A DNA stretch of 64,000 bases from Azolla caroliniana (Eukaryota > Plantae > Polypodiophyta): assembly GCA_043228905.1 (NCBI GenBank), contig JBHGNT010000006.1, forward strand, positions 16,368,001 through 16,432,000, given 5' to 3'. The position numbers and the translations under genes were made by a program. Positions 37,501 through 47,452 of the stretch are shown piece by piece (the first letter of the stretch is position 1; each line of letters starts with the position of its first letter). The notes beneath the pieces were generated by a model that did no database searches, was not told the origin of the DNA, and saw only the letters and a list, made by a program, of their open reading frames with translations.

Positions 37501-38045
37501 TTTCCCTTCGTCTCTTCAGTGAAGATGTGACCAATTGTATTTGGGTTCCTTAAGCTTGGATCTTTTGCAACTTCCTTCATCTTTTGCCAGCTATCTTCCG
37601 GTAGCGGAACTACAACTGGCTTGATCTTCCTATCCACGATTTTATATTTTGTGTTGACTTCGACTTCCTCTATCAAGATGCCTCGATGATATTCATCGAT
37701 GATAGTATACATGTTGACGGAGTTAACCGAAATCACATGTTGATGGTGAGGATAACTCAAATCCACGACTTCCTTGATTTCGCCGATGGTGTCGTTAAAT
37801 GAGGCTTCCTCCAGAATATATGACACGAATTCTTCTTCTTCGATTATGCTTTCTTCTTTCAGCACCTCCTCGAAGTCTTGTATCTGACACTTTTCCTTCT
37901 TGTTGAGTAGTCTAAGTTTGCATGCGCCACCAAGTGTGACGCATGTTGCTTCTCCTTGCAATCCACGCACTTTGCTTCCTTGTGGGGACTTATGATTGCT
38001 CGGACTATTTGTGCCCCATGCTTCAATAGTCCGCTTTAAAAATCC
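34590..38045 (-). CDS. Retrotransposon Pol (RT-RNase H-integrase), in the -1 frame relative to Gag-PR
   Basis: 1126-aa ORF, open upstream to the gag stop. RT LPQG...PFLDDIPIKG, RH VDTSP...YAQVKRELWG, IN HHCC, MVD...ADRGE...NGKVERGH and GPY. Confidence 0.92.
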   Translation of the reverse strand, partial: GFLKRTIEAWGTNSPSNHKSPQGSKVRGLQGEATCVTLGGACKLRLLNKKEKCQIQDFEEVLKEESIIEEEEFVSYILEEASFNDTIGEIKEVVDLSYPHHQHVISVNSVNMYTIIDEYHRGILIEEVEVNTKYKIVDRKIKPVVVPLPEDSWQKMKEVAKDPSLRNPNTIGHIFTEETKGKLRVGREDFLLPEEERMFRGMLERHGKAFAFFPQEIGCANPRTVEPMVIFTMPHVPWNLKPILVPRAHLPKLIELLKEKVRMGILEPWNTPYSNRWFMVPKKNGSLRFIQDLQPVNKVTIRNAGIGPSVDEFAEAFAGRSIYSIGDLYSGYDQFQLAVDSRDITTMKTPIGLVRMCTLPQGTTNSVAHMVNAMNKVLKDCIPDITMPFLDDIPIKGCSDEEKDESKDKDGCRKFVMDHMKNCEKVLQRLEDANLTFSGEKSAFRQPEILVVGHLCGAYGRKPSPSKVNAIQGMKEEYVTQTEVRRFLGACAFYHIWIPHYAHIAEPLYGLLKKKRMFEWTSDHTIAIRRLKKLLMEAPALRKADYSYGKPIFVTVDTSPIGIGWVINQEDEDCNRYAIRFGAKVLSDRQRRYAQVKRELWGIVSAIKSDRDYLIGAEVIIETDCLPILGMISGCNTPDIAMLCWIAYIKSLNPEIRHVAGKRNVVADMLSRARYDGEEDRHSDEDDVGLDFFASSYARVLITFIEDDYEDEFVEVGKYLSSLQKDESWSTEDIHRIRKKAYKYFLKNGALWKHAKKKNGTPMRVVCKLEDQQKLMSEFHDSVFAGHRGIWAMFAKLKEKYWWPGIYKDVAAYVETCKECQMFSNICHRDGLHPTYPLAMHYKWMVDIVMMPMGRWQMKYLVLAREDLTNQVEGRALRTKETSSVCRFLLEDVICRYGCVGKIVADRGELDANEAREFFSRMGIKLSLTMAYNPEANGKVERGHGPIVKALVKACHGKIGEWPRLLPFALWADRTTHSTVTGYMPAELIFGQKPIMPVEQSIISWFALPWQDEISREDLLALRIRQLEWNLEDVEVAKAWLKNARLKNKKDFNKRHRLRPRKIVEGDWVLVYDSSLDNQHSTARKFSQRWFGPYVVKKVKDNATYHLVELDGTPLALPIAGKRIKIFKRRDRIEIGFEAFDDSVLSIDEKV
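37983..38045 (-). promoter_or_regulatory. Programmed -1 ribosomal frameshift signal (slippery heptamer + pseudoknot)
   Basis: G GAT TTT immediately before the gag TAA, 5-nt spacer, 9-bp stem CGGACTATT/AATAGTCCG, and loop TGGGG complementary to downstream CCCCA. Confidence 0.8.
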
Positions 38046-40252
38046 GAGGATTCGCCTCCAAGGCTATCTCGGTTCCTTTCATGATTAGCTCGCACCGTCA
38101 GGAATTGAACGGATCTTTTACTATCAAGACTCTTGACGCGCGCGAAGGCCGCTCCATTATCGAACACCTTGGTCTCCATCCGGGACGATGTTATATATGG
38201 TTGTCCTAGGATGACGGGATGTGAAGCCGAGTCTTGCACGAAGAAGTGTTGATCAATCTCTACATCCCCGATCGTGACTTTAACGTTGGGGCAAGCTCCG
38301 TACAAGTCCTCCGTAGCCTTCGTCGCTGCTCGAATCTTCCATCCGTGGTTTGTATTAATCGGCCATCTTCCTTTCTTGTAGAACTCGGTCGACATGAGGT
38401 TGATCTCAGAGCCATGGTCAATCAAAGCGACCACGGTCTCTTTCTTCTCCCCGATCTTCACCGGTGTCTCCGTTGTCACTCTTGCCCAATGAGGTCGCGA
38501 GTAATGGCTATCCGCCACCACTTCTTCTTCTTCCTCCTCTTCCAATTTTGCCATGGTTATGGCACTTGTTTTCACCTCCTCTTCATCAGATTGTTGCCGC
38601 TTCCTCTTAATAAGGTCCACGATAGTATCATGGAACTCATTCTTCGCGATCCCAAGTAGCTCTCTCAAGGTAAGGTCGACATGACTATCTAAAACCTTCT
38701 CCTCAAGGACCTTCCGCAAGTTAGTTGTTTGTTCTATGTCCGACCTTAGCTTGTAAGTCGGTGCCGCTCGTTCTTTTCCTTTCTTCGTTGATTCTTCAAC
38801 TTCCATCCGAGCAGGTTGGTTCGATCCACCGGGCTTCATGTTTGTTTCACCAATCTCTTTTCTTGGGATAGGTTGCGGTGGCCCTTCTTTCCCTCCGTTC
38901 CTCGTGTTAGGTCGCTTTGATGTGCCATCTTCTTCACCAGTTTTCTTCCTCTTCTCTTCGACAAGGGCTTCATAGGTGTCACACACAACCTCCGCAAAGC
39001 TTGTGTTTTCGTCGAGTGGATCTGACCATCCGGTTGCTCGTCGCACATTTCGGTCAGCAAGTTTTAGATCCTCCGAATTGATTTTGCCTTTTTCTTCGCA
39101 CTCGAAGACCGTTGGCCAAAACCCAGCTCCTGGCTTGATCATTTTAAGATTCTCTTTTCCAACTCCTATCCCAGCCGAAGCGGCATAGTGAATAGCCTCC
39201 ACATGCCTTGCATCTTCTTCTTCTACAATCTTTTTCAGCCCACCTCTTCCGAAGTTCACTCGTAGTGGCTTCCGGGTCTCGCTTGAGTGAATCATGTTGC
39301 CATCCAAATAGACGACATTCTTGCGGATCGCATCTTGCAAGTCAGCACATTCCCTTCGTGAGTGTTCAAAGCTATCGCACCACACACATCTATACGCTTC
39401 TTTTCCCTTGGGCCCGCGTCGACCTAAGTTGGCTAGCGATACCGCTTCAAACTTCTTGGAGAGCTCTTCGATTATAGACTCCTCCATTGCTTTCTTGTCG
39501 AAATTGTTGATCGGCTTACTAGGCTCAATCGTCGTAGGTGCGTTCTTCCACAATTGTGGATTCTCGACCTCAGCTTCCTCTTGCCATTGTCGCCGCTTAT
39601 CAAAACGGCTGCAAGCCTTCTTCACCGCCGCCCAGTCCGCTACCAAACCATTTGGTTGTGTTTCGTCCTCCAAGAAACTACCCAATTCTCGCCGATCTTT
39701 CGCATCCATTGCCTTTAGGAATAGTAAAACTTTATCTCCGTCGAGAACTCGTTGCTCAACACTCGGAAGTCGGTTGTACTTCTGGTCGAATTCGGCATAA
39801 ATTCCCGATGCACACAGATTCTTCCCTTTCTTCTCGATCCAATTCATTAACATATGCCGAGTCATCCGCAATGCGTCTTCAAGCATGTATTCAGTGAGAA
39901 GAGCCCTTTCGAACTCCGCCCAAGTTGCATGCTCGTTTTGGATCTCCATCACGCGCTCACGGATCCCGGGTTCTACCACACGCTTAAAGCTTGAAATTTG
40001 TTTTGGATCATGGACATCTCTTTGTTGCATCTCATTCCGGTAGGTAGCAAGGAGATTTGTGATGTTCTTCCCACCGAATCTTCCAACTGTCTCCACAGTT
40101 CGGTCAACAGCTTTGTCGACTAAAGCCTCCCGATCTCTCTCTTTCAGCATGAATCCGACGACGGACACCATGCCTTTCGTCAATTCTTCTCCTTGAGTTC
40201 CACATGTCGAAGCCATCTTCGTACTAGATATCCTCCTACTGCCTTGTTTCAC
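38036..40252 (-). CDS. Retrotransposon Gag-protease polyprotein (first ATG at 40216)
   Basis: 738-aa ORF with CVWCDSFEHSRREC knuckle-like motif and aspartic protease ALIDHGSEINL...VILGQPY. Confidence 0.88.
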   Translation of the reverse strand: MKQGSRRISSTKMASTCGTQGEELTKGMVSVVGFMLKERDREALVDKAVDRTVETVGRFGGKNITNLLATYRNEMQQRDVHDPKQISSFKRVVEPGIRERVMEIQNEHATWAEFERALLTEYMLEDALRMTRHMLMNWIEKKGKNLCASGIYAEFDQKYNRLPSVEQRVLDGDKVLLFLKAMDAKDRRELGSFLEDETQPNGLVADWAAVKKACSRFDKRRQWQEEAEVENPQLWKNAPTTIEPSKPINNFDKKAMEESIIEELSKKFEAVSLANLGRRGPKGKEAYRCVWCDSFEHSRRECADLQDAIRKNVVYLDGNMIHSSETRKPLRVNFGRGGLKKIVEEEDARHVEAIHYAASAGIGVGKENLKMIKPGAGFWPTVFECEEKGKINSEDLKLADRNVRRATGWSDPLDENTSFAEVVCDTYEALVEEKRKKTGEEDGTSKRPNTRNGGKEGPPQPIPRKEIGETNMKPGGSNQPARMEVEESTKKGKERAAPTYKLRSDIEQTTNLRKVLEEKVLDSHVDLTLRELLGIAKNEFHDTIVDLIKRKRQQSDEEEVKTSAITMAKLEEEEEEEVVADSHYSRPHWARVTTETPVKIGEKKETVVALIDHGSEINLMSTEFYKKGRWPINTNHGWKIRAATKATEDLYGACPNVKVTIGDVEIDQHFFVQDSASHPVILGQPYITSSRMETKVFDNGAAFARVKSLDSKRSVQFLTVRANHERNRDSLGGESSDF

Positions 40253-42829
40253 GTTAGGTTCACCAAAGATGTCGCGAAAATACGACGAGGATACGTGAAC
40301 GTTGAGGCAAGACCCCGGGGCCTTTGTCTAGAGGATATTAAATTCGTGTATTTATATACTAAGAATTAACCGAAATGAGAAAGATTAACAAATTTCATTA
40401 ATAAAAGGGAAAGAAAGATTACAATCAATCCCAAGATTGGGATTACAAAAGTTTTATCTTATGGAGATGATTAGAATAATAGATTAGAGGAAATAAGAGA
40501 TTATGATTCTTGAGTGATATGGCTTTGACAAGGAATTTTGGATTTTGAGAGATTGCTTCCGTATAGAAATTATGGTTTACTTGAGAGATAGCTTCCGTAG
40601 GGAAGATTAGGGTTATTGGCTTCGATAAGATAAGAGAGCTCCCCAACAAAAGAAAAAAAAATTAGATAATATGGAGAGTGAGTCCTAGTGTAGGAAAAAA
40701 AATAGAATAAATATGGAGTTCTCCCTTGATCATAGCCTTTCCACTTTTTCTTGCATGGCCTCTACTTTTAGTTGCCTAGCTTTTTCTTTTGGTTGCATGT
40801 GACTGTCCACATGACCTTTACTTTTTCCATGCACTCCTTCTTTAGTTGCTTGCGTCCACATGGCCTTTACTTTAGTTCTCTTCACTTTACTTTAGTTTGT
40901 TGCATGATCCAATCTTTCGTCCGTCCGCGTCCAACCTCGTCCGGTAGCCGGTTCCATTTTGCTTGCCGGTTGGTTCCGGTTCCGGTTTTTCTTGCCGGCC
41001 GGTTCCAATTTTGCCTACCAGCCGGTTTCCGGTTTGCTTGCCGGCCAGTTCCAGTTTTGCTTACCGGCCAGTTTCCAGTTTTGCTTGCCGGCCAGTTCCA
41101 GTTTTGCTTACCGGCCGGTTTTCGATTTGCATACCCGTTCCGGTTCTGATTTTGCTTGCCGGCCGGTTCCAGTTTTGCTTACCGGCCAGTTTTCGGATTG
41201 CATACCGGCCGGTTTTCGGATTTGCTTACCGAACCCATTTTCCGAATTTGCTTACCGGTCGGTTTCCGATTTTAGGGAATTTAGCCACCATCATCCATTA
41301 AGACAAAGTGGCCAAAGTGCTTGCCGGTTTGCTTGCCGGCCGGTTCCGGTTTTGCATACCAGCCGGTTTCCAGATTTGCTTACCGGACCCATTTTCCGGA
41401 TTTGCTTACCGGCCGGTTTCCGGTTTTAGGGAATTTGGCCACCATCATCCATCAAGACAAAGTGGCCAAAGTGCTCTTAGCACAAACAAAAAATGAGGGA
41501 GCTCAAGGTGTTTATATAGCCAGGGCCTTAACTTTCCTATCTATGTGGGATAGTTCTAATTTCCCTATCTAATCAAACTTTATTTTCTTATAACTTGATA
41601 TGTATTTCTCCATTTTGTTTATAGTAAAATACATTTTGAAGCTCTTGAGTATATCCATCTTTCTATAGTAAGTTACTAATCTAATCTATAATAATTATTT
41701 CATTATTTTTTTACATAGTGTGTGAAGATTCACACGACACCGTTTCGACTAGCGTTTAGGCTGGAGGCTATGATGCCGGTCGAATTTCAGGTACCCAGTT
41801 TGCGGATTCAGGTACGGAACCGACTATCAGAAGCCAAGTCGGAGGAGGTACGGCTCCATCAACTACTCGAACTCGGGGAAAAACGCATACACAGCATGGC
41901 TATGTTGGAGCAGGAACGACGACGACATAAAGCTATTGTGGATCGACATCAGAATGCAAGGGAAAAGGAGTTCGTCGTGGGTCGGGCGGTGTTGGTTTTC
42001 CAAACCCGCATGGGCCATATGCCAGGGAAGTTACGATTCCGTTGGACCGGCCCATACTGGATAATTGAAGCGGAACAAGGCACGTTCCAACTAGGTACGC
42101 TGGCTGGGGAAGTAGTACGGCAAAAGGTGAATGGGTTTCGGCTCAAACCTTACCTGGGTTGTGGAACAACAAATAGGCATCTATGCGTAATGCGTAGGGG
42201 AATGCTCCCTGTAACCTATCAGCGTATGAGGGAGACGACTACAACCGACTCCTTAGCAATGGTTACACTTACGTTCTTACACGCTAAGGCATTCCAGACA
42301 CATAACAGATTAGCCGTAGCTATGCACAGACTTTCAGAGAAGATAGAATTCTATTATGATATGTTTCTTTACATTCCCAAAATTACACACTCCCTCTATC
42401 AGAGGTTTTCTGCCCTTTATATATGCAGGGTCTATCTAGCCGTTCACGCTTCCTGCATGAACCGTTACATGCATTATGATCTTATATTATTTCTTATTCC
42501 TACGCTCTTGTCCGTCGATTACTATTCCGGTGGACAACACCTAGCACGCCTGTGGGATAGTGCCATGGCACGTCGGACCCATCCCGTTAATCCTCTTCCA
42601 AAATGGCCTGGATGTTTGGCTCTGCTGCGGTGTCCACGTCCGGAGGCAACGTAGGGTCCGTAGGTGCATCGTGGTGTGGCTCCCCTATTTGGTCGGACTG
42701 GTTTCTCCCGGTGTCGCAATTGTCGTGTGTGGGCGGTTCGGGTACGGTGGGCTCTTCTTGAGCTAGTGGGTTGGGTATATTCCTTTGAATAGGTTCCCAC
42801 TCTGATATCCGATCATCATCTACCTCTCA

Positions 42830-45247
42830 TAGTTAGAAATGCAAAATCCATCGATGGATTAGTTTAGCCACACCATCACCTTTAGCCCAAAGACATGTAC
42901 ACAAAGTCAGGGTTGATTCCAAGTTTGTTGCTCACTCCCTAGTTTTGGTGAGGACCAATTTTGACATTGTTGCTCACTCCATCCCAAGGGTACCAATTTC
43001 CACTTGGCCACCCATCTTGACTCCCTCCCTATGAACTATGAACTCCTTTGATGTCTTGTTCAGGAAACATAATGTGGATTGTTTACTTGAACATTGACCC
43101 TATGATTGTCCAATTGACTTGCAAGAAGGCACATGTTCACCCTACGGTCCCATTTATGGGCTATCTAAACCAAACTTGTTGGCTCTCTAAACTTATATCA
43201 ATGAGAACCTCAAGAAGGTTACATTCAACCATTTAAGTTGCCCACAAGAGCCCCATTTTGTTCATAAAAAAGAAGGATGGTTCGTTGTGTCTCTATGTCA
43301 ACTACGGCAATCTCATTAAAATTATGGTACGTAATTTTTACCCATTACCTTTCATTGAAGAGCTCCTCGACCACCTTCAAGCTGCTCATATCTTCTCCAA
43401 AATTGATCCGCAGGGAACGTGCAAACTAGTGGATATCAAGCCTGGTGATGAATGGAAAACGGCATTGCGAATGAGATATGGCCCTTTTGAATACAAGGTA
43501 ATTTCATTCGGTCCCACCATGCTCCAACATATCATGAATGATATATTTTGGGAGTAAACTGGATCATTTTTCATTATCTTCCTCGACGACATTCTTGACA
43601 ATTGTGCAACCCTTGATAGTGTTTGCGCACAAAGATGTTCCTTTTCGTTGGATTATAGATGTCCAAATTTCCATTAGGTTACTAAAGCAACAAATTCATC
43701 ACCGCTCTTGTACTCTTGCATCCTAACTTGACCAAGCCCTTCCCTATCAAAATTAATACATCCAACTTTACAATTGGAGTCATCCTATCCTAGTACATTG
43801 GTACCACCATTTTTCATCCAGTGGTCTACTACTCTCGAAAGTTCATTGCTCTAGATATCAACATTTCGATATTATACAACAAGGATCTTGCTACTATTGT
43901 CATGGATCTCAAAGAATGTCTACCTTCTTTGGTTGGGGTACTACATCAATCCAAGTGATACTCGAGGCATTTGTGGCTGATAAATTTGCAAATGAAATCA
44001 AGGTAAGCCTTAATAACCCATCGAATGAGAAGAACAAGACAGAATTCAATTGGTTCAAAGTCAAGAGTGGATTTGTATATCGAAACAATATTTTATATGT
44101 TCACAAAGAACTGTGTCGAGCCTGAGTATTGCAAAAGTGTCATGAGGACCCACTCACTAGCCATTTCAAAATCACAAAAACCATAGAACTTGTCTCTCAC
44201 GGATATTGGTGCCTAAACAATGAAAGTTTGTCAAAGAATTCATCAATACATGAGATACTTGTGATGGATCCAAAGTAGTACATCATTGGCTATACAATCT
44301 GCTCCAAACACTACCCATTCCAAACCGATCTTGGGTGTCTATCTCCATGGGCTTCATCACTAACTTAGCTCTAGTAGGTAGGTTTGACTCATTGTGAATA
44401 ATGGTCTACCGTTTTACCAAGATGGCTCACTTCACCCCTTGCGCCAAAACCATTACAAGAGGAGACAATGGATCTATTTTTAAAGAAGGTCGTTTGACTA
44501 CATGGGCTACCAGATGATGTCATTTCAAAGGATCTCAATTTGTCTCTCATTTCTGGAGATGTCTCCTCCAAACTTCGGCACTATGGTGAATTTGTCTTTG
44601 GGATGTCATCTCCTAATTGGTGCTCAAACAAATCAAGTTAACCAAATTCCTAATATCCCATTTCCTACATGTTATGACCATTATGAGTTTTTCATATTCA
44701 TGTCATTTTGCTTGACTAATGCTCCAACACTTTTCAATAAGAAATGAATAATGCTTTTCAAGATCAACTTGGTCATTTTGGCATTGTTTTCTTGGATGAT
44801 ATTCTCATTTATATCCATACTTTGGATGAACATTAAATTCATGCTCATAAATTTGTCCTAGAACCATTGAAAGACAAGCATTTCTACGCCAAAAAGTCAA
44901 AGTGTGAATTTTTTCTCTAGGTTATTCCTCGCACTATCCAAGTTCTAACTTCATTAACTCCTTGGTTTAGTTAGATCTTTGCAAAAGTTCTTTCGTAATT
45001 TTTCACAATTGACTACATCATTTATTGATCTTTTAGAAGGTGAAAAGCATAAGGCTACGAAACAAATTCCTTGGAACGACCATTTATAAGAATGTTTTAT
45101 CATCCTCAAGGAACATGTATGCATTGCTCCTACACTTACATTGCCTAACCCTTCCAAAGCTTTTGAGGTTGAAACTAACACTAGTAATTAGGAAATTGGT
45201 GCCATTCTTTACAGTAAAAAAAACCTATTGATTTTGAGAGTCAAAAA
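42830..45247 (+). mobile_element. Old scrambled Ty3/gypsy pol remnants (RT, RH, IN, then a second RT-RH); RH continues at 55587-56120
   Basis: FIKKKDGSLCLYVNY, GDEWKTA, FLDDIL (twice), RFTKMAHF. RH PIDFESQK|LDSTQHHYS is split by the hAT element. Confidence 0.7.
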
Positions 45248-46129
45248 TAGCAATGGGCACGGTTTCGGCTCAAACCGAACCAAACCGTTAAACTTTGGCT
45301 TAATTGTTTATCGGTTCAAATTTAAATAGATAGTTTGGTTTGGTTTAAAAAGTGTAAGTTCAATCTAGTTTTGGTTTTGATTTTAATGGTTTTTCGGTTT
45401 GGCGGTTTTTCAGTTTCGGTTTATGTGGTTAGGTTTAAACGTTTATAGGTTCTCACCCTACCCCCCTAAATTTTCAATGTAGTCTCCTAACTACTAACTT
45501 TGTAAGTTTCAATTTTAAACCCTTCGGATTTTTACTATAGCTAGTAACTACTGTCAAATAGAAGGGAAGCACACTATACAGATGGCAACGGCCACTTCAT
45601 CCTTCTAACAAATGACAAGGGATAATAAGAATATAATCATTGTGGATGCCCACTGACTCAAGAAAGGGGCAAGACAACCATTGTTGGATGAAGGCTAGTT
45701 GTCTTTCAACTCCATCGGATCCGCCCATGAGGCCATCGTATTGGCTCTTTAGAGTAGCATTAATGTTACTGGATGCACGGTTTGGTTGGAGAAGGCCCGT
45801 CTACATCACTGTTTCCATAGAATCTAAAGAGTTATTGGGTTGACCAATTCTAGCACAACTTGAGATTTGTCATTAATACGAGTTGAGTGGGAAAAAAAAA
45901 CCTCTTGTGCTTTTATCACCAAAGTCATCCCCTCCTCCTGAAGTTTGTATTTGTCAACATGGGCCTACCATGATAACCAACATACATTTCTCCACTTGAT
46001 TGTGCCTTGCACCTAGCATAATTGCAATAAGCGGCTAACCCCCCGCCATATTCTATGAGTCTTCTTAAACTCCTAACTCGGAATATGTTTATTATTTATG
46101 CCCCCCACTCCTTACATATAAATGGGTCC

Positions 46130-46285
46130 CTTTTTTTATACTAAAACAACTTCCCTTTTTTATACTAAAATAACTTCCCTTTTTTTACACTAAAATGTGT
46201 AAAACAACTTCCCTCTTTTTACATTAAAATGTGTAAAACATCTTCCTTTTTTTACAATAAAATGTGTAAAATAGCTTCCCCTTTC
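46130..46285. repeat. Short tandem repeat (AAAACAACTTCCCTTTTTT..., ~5 copies)
   Basis: Directly visible 23-31-bp units. Confidence 0.7.
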
Positions 46286-47452
46286 TAGATTGTATTGCAA
46301 ATTGGCCTAGCCAAATGTATATAGGCTTATGATCTAGTGTATGCACACTTACATATGTTTGTCCAAATATGGTTGTGTGTTCTTAATTTCCCTAAATGTC
46401 CTTGAGCAATCCTCAAAAAAGTCTAAGTAACTATAAGTGCTATTTGAGTGATTGATATGAGCGGATTGAGTTTTATAGGAATAACATTAAATGGAATCAT
46501 CATCAACAATGCCACAACTATATAGGATGACATGTGATTACCTCACTATACCAGCATCATCAATACTTATTGAAGAGGTTACTTGAGCTGCAAAAATGAC
46601 CTTTGATAACAAGATCAAACTACACTCATGCACATTCAAAGCCAAAATGTGTATTCGATCATGGATGGATGTTTTACAAGAATCTAATGTTCAGTTGATA
46701 GATAATTTTCACACTACTTATGAAGAACTAATAATGAATTTGGATGATCTTGTTGTTGAAGATGAGGTAATAAATTTTTTTATTTTTTATTCCATAAAAA
46801 TTATGCTCCATTGGTATTAAAATTAAAAAGGCCAGAGGCACTATATAAATAGAATATAATATTTTCCATCTCTACAAGTATATATCATCAAAGAAAGGAC
46901 CAAATATAAGTGATGGCATATGGCAAAATAAGGATAATATAATCTATGAAAACAAATCTCTTGCCAATAACACCTTTGCTATACCACATATAAAGGGGAT
47001 ATACTCGGGGACACTACCATCAATCTCCCCATAACCATACTCAACATATAAACAAATTCCCGCAGTCCAAGAGAATACATTTCTTGTTTGTAGTCATGCT
47101 CAACATACCCTGGTTGTCCACCCTATTTGTTGGTAGTCCTGCTCAACATATATACCCTGTTTGTCCACAAGATATTGCTTTTGGCAAATTTTTGTACATC
47201 AAGGCCTTCTTCATCTGTTGTAGTTGAAGACACCAAAACAGTCCATGATGCACATGCCGCTTGAGGTAAAACATGATTGGCCGCCTTGGACAACCCCAAT
47301 CTATCCTCTCCTATGTCGAAACGACCATGTCCTTCATCTCCACGATCATTGAAAATATACTTGTATTGAATATCCATACCATCAACACTCTGGTTTATCA
47401 CAACCTTCACGTTCTCACAACAGCCATGCGCCAGTTACACCACAATCATCTA

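Larger units (their letters stand above)
33274..41739 (-). mobile_element. Apparently intact full-length Ty3/gypsy element; LTRs 40270-41739 (5') and 33274-34522 (3'); 4-bp TSD CCGT
   Basis: Near-identical direct LTRs TGTCG...CGACA. TSD CCGT at 33270-33273 and 41740-41743. PBS-like TGGTGAACC beside the 5' LTR and PPT GGTGGGGGTGAA beside the 3' LTR. Two uninterrupted ORFs. Confidence 0.95.
27918..42536 (+). mobile_element. Non-chromovirus Ty3/gypsy (gag-PR-RT-RH-IN, degenerate) with 5' LTR 27918-28294 and an inverted LTR copy 42160-42536; split by a nested element
   Basis: Gag at 28641, knuckle [58 protein letters not shown]. The integrase frame STP|FRLAF resumes at 41740. PBS-like TGGAGGTC at 28301. 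Confidence 0.88.

Noticed and set aside
27918-42536. DIRS-type element with inverted terminal repeats
   Set aside because: Encodes a DDE integrase and protease, not a tyrosine recombinase, and the repeats have TG...CA LTR ends.
41722-42654. 310-aa ORF as a novel fusion protein
   Set aside because: Chance read-through from an LTR end through the integrase tail into the inverted LTR.
46596-47130. Ulp1-like protease cargo (EDEVINFF; DCG)
   Set aside because: The motifs are short and on opposite strands, so not supportable.
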